From assembly GCA_902587315.1 (NCBI GenBank), contig CACIKW010000001.1, positions 29,844 to 93,843 of the forward strand: a DNA stretch of 64,000 nucleotides, read 5' to 3'. Made by a program: the position numbers and the translations under genes. Source of the DNA: an uncultured Pelagibacteraceae bacterium (lineage in GTDB: Bacteria; Pseudomonadota; Alphaproteobacteria; Pelagibacterales; Pelagibacteraceae). The notes under the pieces are model-generated. The model was not told the DNA's origin, searched no databases, and saw only the letters and a program-made list of their open reading frames with translations. The stretch's first letter is position 1; every line of letters begins with the position of its first letter. Positions 50,214 through 62,124 of this stretch are shown here, piece after piece.

Positions 50214-51617
50214 ATGCCTCAAACAATTTACGATAAAATTTGGAACGAACATCTTGTTCATCAACAAGAGGATGGAACATCATTACTTTTTGTTGACAGA
50301 CATTTAATTCATGAAGTTACAAGTCCACAAGCTTTTGAAGGTTTAAGAAACTCAAAAAGAAAAGTAAGACAGCCAAATCTTACCTTAGCAGTTGCTGATC
50401 ACAATGTTCCAACAACTGATAGGTCAAAAGGAATTTCGGACAAAGAATCAAAAATACAAGTCGATACTTTAAACAATAATTGTAAAGAGTTTGGGATTCA
50501 ATTATTTGGAATGAACGATAAAAGACAAGGCATAGTGCATATAATTGGACCAGAACAAGGATTTACTCAGCCAGGAGCAATTATTGTATGTGGAGATAGT
50601 CATACAGCAACGCATGGCGCTTTTGGAGCCTTGGCATTTGGAATTGGAACTTCAGAAGTTGAGCATGTTTTAGCAACACAAACATTAGTTCAGAAAAAAT
50701 CAAAAAATTTTAGAATAAATGTTCAAGGCCAATTATCGACAGGCGTAACATCAAAAGATGTTATTTTACAAATAATTGGAAAAATAGGAACCGCAGGTGG
50801 AACGGGATATGTAATTGAGTATGCTGGAAATTTAATTTCAAAACTTAGTGTTGAGCAGAGAATGACAATCTGCAATATGACAATTGAAGGTGGCGCTAGA
50901 GCTGGGTTAATTCAACCTGATCAAAAAATATTTAATTATCTTAAGAATAAACCAATGTCTCCAAAAAAAGAAAACTGGGAAAAAGCTTTAGAATTCTGGA
51001 GTAAACTAAAATCTGACAATGATGCTAAATTTGATAAAGAAATAACTTTAGAAGGAAAGGACATTAAACCAATGGTTACCTGGGGAACATCACCCCAAGA
51101 TGTTGTAACTATTGATGGCAAAGTTCCAAATCCAGATCAAGAAAATGATCCAGATAAAAAAGCATCAATAGAAAGATCATTAAAGTATATGGGTTTAAAA
51201 CCCGATATTAACGTTAAAGACATTAAAATTGATAAAGTTTTTATTGGCAGTTGTACCAATGGAAGAATTGAAGATTTAAGAGATGCTGCAAAAATTTTGA
51301 AAGATAAAAAAATTGCAAATCATATAAATGCGATTGTTGTTCCGGGTTCTGGTTTGGTTAAAGAACAGGCAGAGCAAGAAGGATTAGATAAAATATTTAA
51401 AAAATCTGGTTTTGAATGGAGGGAACCTGGTTGCTCTATGTGTCTAGCTATGAATGCTGACAAATTAAAGCCAGAAGAAAGATGCGCTTCTACTTCAAAC
51501 AGAAATTTTGAAGGGCGTCAGGGAAGAGGAGGAAGAACGCATCTTGTAAGTCCAGCAATGGCAGCTGCAGCCGCAATATCTGGAACATTAGATGATGTTA
51601 GAAAGTATATAAATTAA
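50214..51617 (+). CDS. leuC: 3-isopropylmalate dehydratase large subunit
   Basis: [45 protein letters not shown]. Confidence 0.98.
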   Translation: MPQTIYDKIWNEHLVHQQEDGTSLLFVDRHLIHEVTSPQAFEGLRNSKRKVRQPNLTLAVADHNVPTTDRSKGISDKESKIQVDTLNNNCKEFGIQLFGMNDKRQGIVHIIGPEQGFTQPGAIIVCGDSHTATHGAFGALAFGIGTSEVEHVLATQTLVQKKSKNFRINVQGQLSTGVTSKDVILQIIGKIGTAGGTGYVIEYAGNLISKLSVEQRMTICNMTIEGGARAGLIQPDQKIFNYLKNKPMSPKKENWEKALEFWSKLKSDNDAKFDKEITLEGKDIKPMVTWGTSPQDVVTIDGKVPNPDQENDPDKKASIERSLKYMGLKPDINVKDIKIDKVFIGSCTNGRIEDLRDAAKILKDKKIANHINAIVVPGSGLVKEQAEQEGLDKIFKKSGFEWREPGCSMCLAMNADKLKPEERCASTSNRNFEGRQGRGGRTHLVSPAMAAAAAISGTLDDVRKYIN

Positions 51618-52223
51618 ATGAAAAAATTTTCTACATTAAAAAGTATTCCAGCATATCTGCCTATTGTTAATATAGATACTGATATGATAATTCCAAAGCA
51701 GTTTTTAAAAACAATTAAAAGAACCGGTTTAGGCAAAAATCTTTTTTTTGAAATGAGATATGATGAAAATGGGAAACAAATTAAAGATTTTGTTTTAAAC
51801 AAACAGCCATATGATAAATCAAATATTTTAATAGCGGGCAAGAATTTTGGATGTGGTTCTTCAAGAGAACATGCACCTTGGGCCCTTTTAGATTTTGGTA
51901 TTACTTGTGTTATCAGTTCAAGTTACGCAGATATATTTTATAACAACTGTTTTAAAAATGGAATTTTGCCTATTACAGTATCGGAAGATCAGATTAAAGA
52001 ATTATCTGAATATTCAAAAAGAAAGGAAGAAATAAATATAGTTTTAGAAGATCAGAAAATATCATTTGGTAATAAAGAATTAAAATTTGAGATTGATCAG
52101 TTTAAAAAGAAATGTTTAATTGAGGGTTTAGACGACATAGCTTTGTCTCTTGAACAAAAGCCAAAAATCGAAGCATATGAAAATAGATTAAAATCTATAA
52201 AACCATGGATTTTTAATGATTAA
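51618..52223 (+). CDS. leuD: 3-isopropylmalate dehydratase small subunit
   Basis: [27 protein letters not shown]. Confidence 0.97.
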   Translation: MKKFSTLKSIPAYLPIVNIDTDMIIPKQFLKTIKRTGLGKNLFFEMRYDENGKQIKDFVLNKQPYDKSNILIAGKNFGCGSSREHAPWALLDFGITCVISSSYADIFYNNCFKNGILPITVSEDQIKELSEYSKRKEEINIVLEDQKISFGNKELKFEIDQFKKKCLIEGLDDIALSLEQKPKIEAYENRLKSIKPWIFND

Positions 52224-53322
52224 AGTTAAAAAAAGAAAAATATTACTTTTACCAGGCGATGGTATAGGACCCGAAGTTGTTGCAGAAGTAAAAAAAATAA
52301 TAAACTGGTTAAACAAAAATAAGTCTTTAGATTTTGAAATTGATCAAGATTTAGTAGGAGGTGCTGCATATGATAAGCATGGCATACCAATTACTGATGA
52401 AGTTTTCTATAAAGCTTTAGAGAGTGAAGCAGTTATTCTAGGGGCAGTTGGTGGTCCAAAATGGGATAATTTAGAATTTTCTAAAAAACCAGAACGAGCC
52501 CTACTTAAATTAAGAAAAGAACTTAAACTGTTTGCAAATTTAAGACCCGCTATTTGTTTTAAACAATTGGTTGATGCTTCAAGCTTAAAACCCGAAATAG
52601 TAACAGGTTTAGATATTATGATAGTAAGAGAACTTACAGGAGGTATATATTTTGGTGAGCCCAGAGGAATAAAACCAGTAGACAACGGAGAAAGAAAAGG
52701 AATTAATACCCATGTATATACTAGCAATGAAATTCAAAGAGTTGCAAAGGTTGCTTTTGATCTTGCAAAAAAAAGAAATAATAAAGTTACATCATGTGAA
52801 AAGTCAAACGTAATGGAAGCTGGTCAGTTATGGAAAGAAGAAGTTCAAACTTTACATGATAAAGAATATAAAGAAGTAAAATTAGAACACATGCTAGCAG
52901 ATAATTGTGCAATGCAATTACTAAGAGACCCAAAACAATTTGATGTAATTGTTACAGATAATTTATTTGGAGATATTTTATCAGATGAAGCTGCTATGCT
53001 TACCGGATCACTTGGACTATTGCCCTCCGCGTCTTTAGGATCAAAAGACAAGAATGGAAATATAAGATCAATGTATGAGCCAGTCCACGGATCAGCTCCT
53101 GATATAGCCGGAAAAGGTCTTGCAAACCCGATTGCTACAATTTTAAGCTTTGCTATGGCTTTAAAATATTCTTTGAATTTAGATAAAGAAGCTGAGACAT
53201 TGGAAAAAGCGGTACAAAATGTTTTAGATGATGGTCTTAGAACTAAAGATATTTTATCAAAAGGAAAAAAAGAAGTATCCACAATTCAAATGGGAGACGC
53301 AATTATTTCCAAATTGAAATAA
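52216..53322 (+). CDS. leuB: 3-isopropylmalate dehydrogenase
   Basis: [42 protein letters not shown]. Confidence 0.97.
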   Translation: MIKVKKRKILLLPGDGIGPEVVAEVKKIINWLNKNKSLDFEIDQDLVGGAAYDKHGIPITDEVFYKALESEAVILGAVGGPKWDNLEFSKKPERALLKLRKELKLFANLRPAICFKQLVDASSLKPEIVTGLDIMIVRELTGGIYFGEPRGIKPVDNGERKGINTHVYTSNEIQRVAKVAFDLAKKRNNKVTSCEKSNVMEAGQLWKEEVQTLHDKEYKEVKLEHMLADNCAMQLLRDPKQFDVIVTDNLFGDILSDEAAMLTGSLGLLPSASLGSKDKNGNIRSMYEPVHGSAPDIAGKGLANPIATILSFAMALKYSLNLDKEAETLEKAVQNVLDDGLRTKDILSKGKKEVSTIQMGDAIISKLK

Positions 53323-53348
53323 TTAATTAATTATCCTAAGATATTATA

Positions 53349-55112
53349 ATGCCAACTTATACCGCACCTCTGGAAGATATGATGTTTCTTTATGAAAAAT
53401 TGAGAAATAATAAAAATTATAATGAAATAGAAAAGTACAAAGAGATTACTTCTGAACTCGTAAAAGATGTTTTACAAGAGGCTGCAAAAATTAATCAAAA
53501 TATTATTTTACCATTAGCCAAAATTGGTGATGAAAATCCAACAATTCTAGAAAATGGAGTAGTCAGGACACCACCAGGTTATAAAGAAGCCTATAAAAAA
53601 TTTATAGAAGATGGTTGGCAGTCGTTATCATGTGATCCAAAATATGGCGGACAAGGAATGCCAAAAACAGTTAGTGCATTTTTTGATGAAATGCTGTCTT
53701 CTTCAAGTTTGGCATTTAAACTTTATACTGAATTAAGTATAGGTGCATATAACTGTATTCACCATCATGCATCAGATACTATAAAAAATAAATTTTTACC
53801 CAAAATGGTAGAAGGAAAATGGAGCGGCACGATGTGTTTGACAGAGCCAGTATGTGGAACTGATTTAGGTTTATTAAAAACAAAGGCAATAGAACAAGCT
53901 GATGGAACTTTTAAGCTAAGCGGACAAAAAATATTTATTACGTCTGGCGATCATGATCTTACTGAAAATATAATTCATCTAGTTATTGCTAGAGCCGCTG
54001 ACTCACCACCTGGCACCAAAGGAATAAGTTTGTTTCTAGTACCTAAATTTATAGTTAATGATGATGGATCAATTGGCTCAAGAAATGGAGTGTCTACCGG
54101 TTCTATAGAAAGTAAAATGGGAATTAAAGGATCAGCAACTTGTGTATTAAACTTTGATAACGCTACTGGATATATGATTGGTCCTAAAAATAAGGGATTA
54201 AATTCAATGTTTACTATGATGAATTTGGAAAGAATAGTTGTTGGAATTCAAGGATTAGGAATTTCTGAAATTGCTTACCAAAATTCATTAAGTTATTCAA
54301 AAGAAAGAAAGCAAGGAAAAAGTAATAATAACAAATCGAATAATGCAGCAGATTTTATAATAGACCATGCCGATATTAGAAAATCATTATTAAATATGAA
54401 ATCAATAATAGAAGGAGAGAGAGCGTTATGTTTTTGGCTGTCTCAACAAACCGAAGTAAGTCTTTACCATGAAGATGAAAAAACTAGAAAAGAAGCTTCT
54501 GATTTAGTTTCTTTATTGACACCAGTAGTTAAATCTCTTTTTACTGACATGGGCATGGAAATCACAAGTGATGCTATGCAAATATTTGGAGGATATGGAT
54601 ATACGAAAGATCAAGGAATTGAACAATTATATCGTGACAATAGAATCACCCCTATTTATGAAGGAACAAATTCTGTACAAGCAATAGATTTAGTATTTAG
54701 AAAATTAATTAATAAAAATGAAAATATAATAGACAAATATATTTCATTAATAAAAAAAGATACTCAAATAAATAATGATAAAATTAAACCATTTACCGAA
54801 AAATTTAATAAAAATCTTAAAACCTTAGTAAATTTTACTCAATGGATAAATGAAAAGATGAAAAATTCAAAAGACGATGTTAGTGCAGCATGCAATGATT
54901 ATCTAAAGGTACTCGGTTTAATTGCTGTAGCACATTCTTGGATTAAGGTTTTAGAGGTTAGTTATAAAGATTATGAAAAAAATAAAAAATTTTATGAAGA
55001 AAAAATTCAAACAGCAAATTTTTTCTTTAACAGGGTTCTTCCAAGAATAGATAGCTATTATTTGACAGCAACTACTGGAAGTAAGTATATTATGGATTTT
55101 AAATTTAATTAG
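53349..55112 (+). CDS. dmdC: acyl-CoA dehydrogenase, probable MMPA-CoA dehydrogenase
   Basis: GTMCLTEP..GTDLG, KIFITSG.HD, KMGIKGSATC, IYEGTN; in an operon with dmdB and dmdA. Confidence 0.8.
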   Translation: MPTYTAPLEDMMFLYEKLRNNKNYNEIEKYKEITSELVKDVLQEAAKINQNIILPLAKIGDENPTILENGVVRTPPGYKEAYKKFIEDGWQSLSCDPKYGGQGMPKTVSAFFDEMLSSSSLAFKLYTELSIGAYNCIHHHASDTIKNKFLPKMVEGKWSGTMCLTEPVCGTDLGLLKTKAIEQADGTFKLSGQKIFITSGDHDLTENIIHLVIARAADSPPGTKGISLFLVPKFIVNDDGSIGSRNGVSTGSIESKMGIKGSATCVLNFDNATGYMIGPKNKGLNSMFTMMNLERIVVGIQGLGISEIAYQNSLSYSKERKQGKSNNNKSNNAADFIIDHADIRKSLLNMKSIIEGERALCFWLSQQTEVSLYHEDEKTRKEASDLVSLLTPVVKSLFTDMGMEITSDAMQIFGGYGYTKDQGIEQLYRDNRITPIYEGTNSVQAIDLVFRKLINKNENIIDKYISLIKKDTQINNDKIKPFTEKFNKNLKTLVNFTQWINEKMKNSKDDVSAACNDYLKVLGLIAVAHSWIKVLEVSYKDYEKNKKFYEEKIQTANFFFNRVLPRIDSYYLTATTGSKYIMDFKFN

Positions 55113-55113
55113 T

Positions 55114-56742
55114 ATGAGTCATTACGATAAAAATTTAGACAAGAATAAAGCGAATTTTGTACCATTAACACCATTATCTTTTTTACAAAGAGCAAAAGAT
55201 ATCTATCCAAATTATGAAGCTTTAGTTTATGAAGATAAAAAATATACCTGGAGCGAGGTATATAAAAGATGCATTAAGTTTGCCAGCGCACTTGAAAAGA
55301 TTGGCATTGGCAAAGGAGATACGGTTTCATTTCTAGCCTTTAATACTCCTGAAATTTTTGAAGCTCATTATTCTGTTCCTATGACTGGTGGAGTTTTAAA
55401 TACAATTAATATTAGATTAGATGCTAAAACGATTGCATATATTTTAGAGCATAGTGATGCAAAGGTACTAGTTGTGGATAGACAACTTCATGTAGAGGTT
55501 AAAAAAGCATTAAGCACTATAAATAAAAAAATTATTATAATTGATATAAATGATAAGTATGCGGACCAATCAAAATTAGAAAAAATTGGTGATCTAGAGT
55601 ATGAAGAATTTTTAAATACTGGTGATGAAAATTATCAATGGAAGTTTCCAGAAGATGAGTGGCAAGCTATTTCATTAAGCTATACTTCGGGAACAACAGG
55701 AAATCCAAAAGGAGTTGTTTATCATCATAGAGGATCATATTTAATGTCAACTGGAAGTGCAGCAGCTTGGAATATGCCTAATAGATTAAATTTTTTAACT
55801 ATTGTGCCAATGTTTCATTGTAATGGCTGGTGTTACCCTTGGACTGTACCAATGCTAAATGGAAAAACAATTTGTTTAAGAAATATTGATATTAAAAAGA
55901 TATTTGAATTAATCGATAAACATAATGTAACTCATTTTGGAGGAGCTCCGATTGTGCTTAATATGATTACTGGAGCACCTGAGACTGATCGTAAAAAATT
56001 AAAGCAAAAAGTTTATGTATTAACTGCTGGTGCACCACCACCAAGTATTATTTTTAAAAAAATGAAAAGTCTTGGTTTTGAAGTAATGCATGTTTATGGT
56101 CTTACAGAAACCTATGGACATGTAACACAATGCGCTTGGAATGAAGCTTGGGATGAATTTGATGAGGAAAAGCAAAACGAGATAAAAGCTAGACAGGGAG
56201 TAAGATATCCGAATACAGAAGGTGTTACAATAATGGATCCAGAAACTATGAAGGAAGTTCCTAGAGATGGCAAAACAATTGGAGAAATAATGATCAGAGG
56301 GAATGTAGTTATGAAAGGATACTTTAAAGACAAGGACGCTACAGACAAAGCAATGAAAGGAGGATGGTTTCATACCGGAGACCTAGCGGTAATGCATCCA
56401 GATGGATATGTAAAAATTCAGGATAGATCTAAAGATATAATTATTTCGGGTGGCGAAAATATATCATCAATTGAAATTGAAAATACATTAGCAAAACACC
56501 CCTCAGTATCCATTGCAGCAGTGGTGGCAAAACCAGATGAAAAATGGGGAGAGGTTCCTTGTGCATTTATTGAGTCCGTTAAAGATAAACCTGTTACAGA
56601 AAAGGAATTAATTGATTTTTGCAAGGAAACTTTAGCTAAATTTAAAGTTCCAAAAAAAATAGAATTTTGTGAACTACCAAAAACTTCAACAGGAAAAATT
56701 CAAAAATTTGAATTAAGAAAAAAGGCCAAGGAGCTAAGCTGA
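55114..56742 (+). CDS. dmdB: AMP-binding CoA ligase, probable MMPA-CoA ligase
   Basis: ANFVPLTPLSFL, YTSGTTGNPKG, PMFHCNGW, YGLTETYG, PKTSTGKIQK; dmd context. Confidence 0.82.
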   Translation: MSHYDKNLDKNKANFVPLTPLSFLQRAKDIYPNYEALVYEDKKYTWSEVYKRCIKFASALEKIGIGKGDTVSFLAFNTPEIFEAHYSVPMTGGVLNTINIRLDAKTIAYILEHSDAKVLVVDRQLHVEVKKALSTINKKIIIIDINDKYADQSKLEKIGDLEYEEFLNTGDENYQWKFPEDEWQAISLSYTSGTTGNPKGVVYHHRGSYLMSTGSAAAWNMPNRLNFLTIVPMFHCNGWCYPWTVPMLNGKTICLRNIDIKKIFELIDKHNVTHFGGAPIVLNMITGAPETDRKKLKQKVYVLTAGAPPPSIIFKKMKSLGFEVMHVYGLTETYGHVTQCAWNEAWDEFDEEKQNEIKARQGVRYPNTEGVTIMDPETMKEVPRDGKTIGEIMIRGNVVMKGYFKDKDATDKAMKGGWFHTGDLAVMHPDGYVKIQDRSKDIIISGGENISSIEIENTLAKHPSVSIAAVVAKPDEKWGEVPCAFIESVKDKPVTEKELIDFCKETLAKFKVPKKIEFCELPKTSTGKIQKFELRKKAKELS

Positions 56743-57515
56743 TTTTAGAAGTTAACGATAAAAGCGTGTTCATCTCAACAGGTGGCATGGAATTTGATAA
56801 AAAAAAACCTTCAATACTTTTGATTCATGGAAGTGGATTAACACATATTGTTTGGTCTCTTCATGAACAGTTTTATGCATCCCAAGGATTTAATGTATTG
56901 TCAGTTGATCTTCCGGGGCACGGTAATTCTGAAGGTCCATCACTTAAATCAATCAAAGATATCTCAGACTGGATAAAATTACTCATGGGCTCTCTTGATA
57001 TATTTAAAATTACTATAATTGGCCATTCTCAAGGTTCGCTCATTGGTATAGATTTTGCATCAAGATATCCTGATCTCATGTCAAAATTGGTCTTAGTTGC
57101 AGGGTCATACAAAATGCCCGTAAACCAAGATTTAATTGATTTAGCTGAAGCAGGGGATGAAAAAGCAATTTTACTAATGATGAAGTGGGGCTATGAAGGC
57201 TCAAAAGCTTTTATTGGAGGAAATCCAGTTAAAAAAATTATTAATTCTTCAAGAGATATTATAGAAGTTTTAGCAGTAGACTTAAATGCATGTAATAATT
57301 ATAAGAGTGGCGCTGAATCTTTAGAAAAAATTAACTGTCCAACTTTATGTATTTTTGGAGATTTAGACAAAATGGTACCAGTCAAAGCAGGAACAAAAAT
57401 GGCAGAAAGAATAAATAAATCGGAAACTAAAATAATAGCAAATTGTGGACATATGATAATTTTTGAAAAAGCATTTGAAATGAGACAAGTTGTTAAAGAA
57501 TTTTTAATGAAATAA
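56739..57515 (+). CDS. alpha/beta fold hydrolase in the dmd cluster
   Basis: IHGSG, DLPGHG.S, GHSQG, G..D..VP, CGH. The track starts it at GTG 56766, but a CTG at 56739 with an SD is a likelier start. Confidence 0.85.
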   Translation: MILEVNDKSVFISTGGMEFDKKKPSILLIHGSGLTHIVWSLHEQFYASQGFNVLSVDLPGHGNSEGPSLKSIKDISDWIKLLMGSLDIFKITIIGHSQGSLIGIDFASRYPDLMSKLVLVAGSYKMPVNQDLIDLAEAGDEKAILLMMKWGYEGSKAFIGGNPVKKIINSSRDIIEVLAVDLNACNNYKSGAESLEKINCPTLCIFGDLDKMVPVKAGTKMAERINKSETKIIANCGHMIIFEKAFEMRQVVKEFLMK

Positions 57516-57520
57516 AAATA

Positions 57521-58630
57521 ATGAAAAATTATTTTATTGCAAAGTCACGAAGAGTTAGAAGCACACCTTATACTGAAAGAATTGAAAATCAGGGCGTGAC
57601 AGCTTATACAATTTATAACCACATGCTATTGCCAACTGCATTCGGATCTTTGGAGGATTCTTATCATCATTTAAAAGAACATGTGCAGGTTTGGGATGTA
57701 GCTGGTGAAAGACAAGTTGAAATTTCAGGAAAAGATTCTGCAAAATTAGTTCAATTAATGACTTGTAGAGATCTTTCAAAATCTAAAGTAGGAAGATGCT
57801 ACTATTGCCCAATAATAGATGATAATGCAGGTCTAATAAATGATCCTGTAATTTTAAAACTTAATGATCAACGCTGGTGGATCTCTATTGCAGATTCAGA
57901 TGTCATTTTATTTGCCAAAGGTTTGGCAATTGGTCAGAAATTTAATGTTAAGATAGTTGAACCAAATGTGGATATATTAGCTGTACAAGGTCCAAAATCA
58001 TTTAAACTAATGGAAAAGATATTTGGAAAAAAAATTTTGGAAATGAAATTTTTTGGTTTTGATTATTTTGAATTTGCAGGAGCGAAACATCTAATTGCAA
58101 GATCGGGTTGGTCAAAACAAGGAGGTTTTGAAATTTATGTAGAAAATACAAAAAGTGGACTTGCTTTATATGATAAATTATTTGAGGTTGGAAAAGAATT
58201 TAATGTGAAACCCGGTTGTCCAAATTTAATTGAAAGAATTGAAAGTGCATTGCTATCCTACGGTAACGACATAGATAATGGTGATAATCCACTTGAATGT
58301 GGTTTAGATAAGTATGTTAATTTAGATACAGATGCAGAGTTTATTGGAAAAGAAAAATTAATAGAAGTAAAAAAAAAAGGTATTTTAAGAAAGTTAATGG
58401 GAGTTAAAATTGAGGCGAAAGAAATAAATATAACTAAATCCATAGATCTTATTAATGAACAAAACTCAAAAATAGGCGAATTAAGATCAGGAATTTATTC
58501 ACCAAATTTTAGAAAAGTAATTGGAATTGCAATGTTGGACAAACCTTATTGGGAAGCAGATCAGACATTTAAAATATCAATAAATGATAGTATTTTTAAG
58601 GGAAAAGTTTGCGATTTACCTTTCATTTAG
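57521..58630 (+). CDS. dmdA: dimethylsulfoniopropionate demethylase
   Basis: GcvT fold with DmdA signatures: [60 protein letters not shown]. Confidence 0.93.
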   Translation: MKNYFIAKSRRVRSTPYTERIENQGVTAYTIYNHMLLPTAFGSLEDSYHHLKEHVQVWDVAGERQVEISGKDSAKLVQLMTCRDLSKSKVGRCYYCPIIDDNAGLINDPVILKLNDQRWWISIADSDVILFAKGLAIGQKFNVKIVEPNVDILAVQGPKSFKLMEKIFGKKILEMKFFGFDYFEFAGAKHLIARSGWSKQGGFEIYVENTKSGLALYDKLFEVGKEFNVKPGCPNLIERIESALLSYGNDIDNGDNPLECGLDKYVNLDTDAEFIGKEKLIEVKKKGILRKLMGVKIEAKEINITKSIDLINEQNSKIGELRSGIYSPNFRKVIGIAMLDKPYWEADQTFKISINDSIFKGKVCDLPFI

Positions 58631-58645
58631 TATAACTAAATCATC

Positions 58646-59656
58646 ATGAATATAGCAATTGTAGGAGCAACAGGCAATGTTGGTAGAAAGATTATTGAAG
58701 TTTTAGAGAAAAAAAAACTTCCAATAACTGAGCTGTTTTTAATTGCTTCATCTAAGAGTGCAGGAAAAAAAATTAATTTTAAAGATAAAGAACTTGTTGT
58801 TGTTGATTTAGAAAAATTTGATTTTTCTAAAGTAAAAATTGCTTTTTTTGCAGCAGGAAGCTCTATAGCAGAAAAATGGGCTAATTTAGCAGCAGAAAAA
58901 ACTATTGTGATAGACAATTCAAAATTTTTTAGAAAAGATCCTGAAATTCCTTTAATTGTACCGGAAGTTAATTCAAAAGATTTAGTTAATGTTAAAAATA
59001 AAAGTATAATTGCAAATGCAAACTGTTCAGTGATACCACTGGTTGTTGTACTAAAACCTCTTCATGATCTATATAATGTTAAAAGAGTAGTTGTGTCGAC
59101 CTATCAGTCTGTATCAGGAGCCGGGAAAGCTCCTATGGACGAGTTATTATCTCAGACTAAAGAATATTTTGAAAGTAAAAATTTGAAGTCAAAATTTTTT
59201 ACAAAACAAATAGCATTTAATATTATTCCACATATTGATAATTTTTTAGACAATGGCTACACAAAAGAAGAACAAAAAACTACAGATGAAGTTAAAAAAA
59301 TATTAGACAAAAAAATTAAAATCACATCAACTTGTGTTAGAATACCTGTTCTTGTATCACATTCTCTAAGCGTGAATGTAGAATTCAATAAAAAATGCAA
59401 TTTAAAAGAAATAAAAAATGTTCTATCCTCATCTCCAGGATGTAAGGTTATTGATGAAAAAAAAGATGGTGGATATATTACCCCTGTCGAAGCAGAAAAT
59501 AGGTATGAGACATTTATTTCAAGAATTAGGCAAGATGATTCTCAGCCTAATTCCATTAACTTGTGGCTTGTGTCTGATAATTTACTAAAAGGTGCTGCAT
59601 TAAATGCAGTTGAAATTGCAGAAAGTTTAATAAAAAATAATTTACATGAAAGATAA
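58646..59656 (+). CDS. asd: aspartate-semialdehyde dehydrogenase
   Basis: VGATG.VG, IDNS..FR, N.NCS, STYQSVSGAG, DNL.KGAALN. Confidence 0.97.
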   Translation: MNIAIVGATGNVGRKIIEVLEKKKLPITELFLIASSKSAGKKINFKDKELVVVDLEKFDFSKVKIAFFAAGSSIAEKWANLAAEKTIVIDNSKFFRKDPEIPLIVPEVNSKDLVNVKNKSIIANANCSVIPLVVVLKPLHDLYNVKRVVVSTYQSVSGAGKAPMDELLSQTKEYFESKNLKSKFFTKQIAFNIIPHIDNFLDNGYTKEEQKTTDEVKKILDKKIKITSTCVRIPVLVSHSLSVNVEFNKKCNLKEIKNVLSSSPGCKVIDEKKDGGYITPVEAENRYETFISRIRQDDSQPNSINLWLVSDNLLKGAALNAVEIAESLIKNNLHER

Positions 59657-60026
59657 AAATCCTTTATCACCGCATATACAAATTTATAATTGGCATATAT
59701 CTTCGTTAGTTTCAATTTCTCATAGAATAACAGGTATAATCAATATAATTATTGTGACCTTAATTTGTTTTTGGGTAGCCTATTTGCTTTTAGGGAATTC
59801 AAACTATGAAATAATACAGAAATTTTTTCAGACCTATATCGGTAAATTTTTAATTGTAGGTATTGTTTGGTCTTTTTCTTTTCAAATTTTGAGTGAAATT
59901 AGACATTTATTTTGGGATCTGGGATATGGATTTGAATTAAAAACATCAAATATAACTGGTTTATTAGTTATTTTTGGATCGTTATTTTTAACGATTATTA
60001 TTTTAGGAAAAAGTTTAACTTTATGA
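59646..60026 (+). CDS. sdhC: succinate dehydrogenase cytochrome b556 subunit
   Basis: PLSPH.QIY, SI.HRITG, IRHLFWD.G. Confidence 0.92.
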   Translation: MKDKNPLSPHIQIYNWHISSLVSISHRITGIINIIIVTLICFWVAYLLLGNSNYEIIQKFFQTYIGKFLIVGIVWSFSFQILSEIRHLFWDLGYGFELKTSNITGLLVIFGSLFLTIIILGKSLTL

Positions 60027-60352
60027 TGAATGCTACTAAAAAATGGATATTTTTAAAAATAAGTTCAGCAATATTAGTTCTATTGATGGTATGGTTTTTA
60101 TTCAATCTAGTATCATTCTACGATAAAAATTATGATGAAGTATTATTATTTTTTGTTAGTCAACCAACAAAATTTTTATTTTCATTATTTGTGATCTTTG
60201 CTTATTTTTACTCTGCACTAAGCATTAGTGAAGTTTTTGAAGATTATATTGGAAATAAAAAGTTAAAAGATTTTGCAAATAAATTACTTTATTTATTTGC
60301 CATAATAATTCCAATATCAACATTACTTATAATATATAAATTAAGTTTATGA
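60023..60352 (+). CDS. sdhD: succinate dehydrogenase hydrophobic anchor
   Basis: 3 TM, VFEDY, position between sdhC and sdhA. Confidence 0.82.
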   Translation: MMNATKKWIFLKISSAILVLLMVWFLFNLVSFYDKNYDEVLLFFVSQPTKFLFSLFVIFAYFYSALSISEVFEDYIGNKKLKDFANKLLYLFAIIIPISTLLIIYKLSL

Positions 60353-62124
60353 GCTCAAATAAAATTATAAATCATCAATATGATGTTATTGTTCTAGGTG
60401 CTGGAGGATCTGGTTTAAGAGCTGCAGTTGGGCTTAGCGAGGCTGGTTTGAAAACAGCTTGTATATCAAAAGTTTTTCCTACTCGAAGCCATACCTCAGC
60501 CGCCCAAGGAGGTATTTCTGCAGCATTGGGCAATATGGGAGAAGATGACTGGAGATGGCATATGTATGATACAGTTAAAGGATCAGATTGGTTAGGTGAT
60601 CAAGATTGTATTGAATATTTATGCAAAGAGGCTCCAAGAGCTGTTTTGGAGTTAGAAAAATATGGAGTACCATTTAGTCGTACCGAAGATGGAAAAATAT
60701 ATCAAAGACCATTTGGTGGAATGACCAAAAACTATGGTAATGAGACTGTTCAGAGAACCTGCGCAGCAGCGGATAGAACTGGCCATGCAATATTACATAC
60801 AATGTATGGACAGGCAGTGAAACACAATACTGAATTTTTCATTGAGTATTTTGCATTAGACTTATTAATGAAAAATGGCGAATGCAAAGGTTTAATAGCT
60901 TGGAATTTAAATGATGGAACCATTCATAGATTTAGAGCCCACATAACTATAATTGCAACTGGTGGATATGGAAAAACATATTATTCATCAACCTCAGCTC
61001 ATACATGTACTGGTGATGGTAACGCTATGGTTTTAAGAGCCGGTTTACCTTTACAAGATATGGAATTTGTTCAATTTCATCCGACAGGCATTTATGGTCA
61101 TGGTACATTAATTTCAGAAGGAGTTAGGGGCGAAGGTGGTTATTTATTAAATTCTAAAGGAGAAAGATTTATGGAGCGATATGCTCCAAAGGCAAAAGAT
61201 CTCGCATCTAGAGATGTAGTAAGCAGATCAATAGCTATCGAAATTAATGAAGGAAGAGGCGTCGGTAAAGAAAAAGATCATGTTCATCTTCATTTAAACC
61301 ATTTAGATCCAAAAGTTATTGAAAAAAGACTTCCAGGAATTTCAGAATCATCAAAATTATTTGCCAATGTTGATGTAACAAAAGAACCAATACCAGTAGT
61401 TCCTACAGTGCATTATAACATGGGAGGCATTCCAACAAATTATAAAGCTGAAGTTATAACAGTTAATGGTTCTGAAAAAGTTGTACCTGGTCTTATGGCA
61501 ATAGGAGAAGCAGCATGTGTTTCTGTTCATGGAGCTAATAGATTAGGATCAAATTCATTAATTGATCTTGTTGTTTTTGGAAGAGCTGCAGCGAAAAGAG
61601 CAGCAGAGATAATAAAACCTGGAACTTCTCATGAAGAAATTTCAAAAACAGAAACTGATAAATGTTTAGATAGATTTGAAAAATTAAGAAATGGAAATGG
61701 AACTAACAAAACAGCTGATTTGAGACTATCCATGCAAAAAACTATGCAATCAAAATGTGCGGTATTTAGAACAGAAAAAACTTTAAAAGAAGGCAAAGAA
61801 GAAATAAGAAAACCATTTGAAGGAATGGATTCGATATCAGTAAAAGATAAATCATTAATTTTTAACACAGATTTAGTTGAAACCTTGGAATTTGATAATT
61901 TAATTAGACAGGCAATAGTTACTATAGATTCGGCATATGAACGTAAAGAAAGCAGAGGAGCACATGCAAGAGAAGACCATCCTAAAAGAGATGATACTAA
62001 TTTTATGAAACACACATTGTCTTGGTGTAATGGTAGCGAAACAAAGATTTCGTACAAAGATGTCCATAGATCCACATTGACCAACGAAGTACAGTACTTC
62101 CCACCTCAAGAAAGGGTATATTAA
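60349..62124 (+). CDS. sdhA: succinate dehydrogenase flavoprotein
   Basis: GAGG.G, RSHT.AAQGG, QFHPTG, HGANRLG.NSL, ESRGAH.R. Confidence 0.98.
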   Translation: MSSNKIINHQYDVIVLGAGGSGLRAAVGLSEAGLKTACISKVFPTRSHTSAAQGGISAALGNMGEDDWRWHMYDTVKGSDWLGDQDCIEYLCKEAPRAVLELEKYGVPFSRTEDGKIYQRPFGGMTKNYGNETVQRTCAAADRTGHAILHTMYGQAVKHNTEFFIEYFALDLLMKNGECKGLIAWNLNDGTIHRFRAHITIIATGGYGKTYYSSTSAHTCTGDGNAMVLRAGLPLQDMEFVQFHPTGIYGHGTLISEGVRGEGGYLLNSKGERFMERYAPKAKDLASRDVVSRSIAIEINEGRGVGKEKDHVHLHLNHLDPKVIEKRLPGISESSKLFANVDVTKEPIPVVPTVHYNMGGIPTNYKAEVITVNGSEKVVPGLMAIGEAACVSVHGANRLGSNSLIDLVVFGRAAAKRAAEIIKPGTSHEEISKTETDKCLDRFEKLRNGNGTNKTADLRLSMQKTMQSKCAVFRTEKTLKEGKEEIRKPFEGMDSISVKDKSLIFNTDLVETLEFDNLIRQAIVTIDSAYERKESRGAHAREDHPKRDDTNFMKHTLSWCNGSETKISYKDVHRSTLTNEVQYFPPQERVY

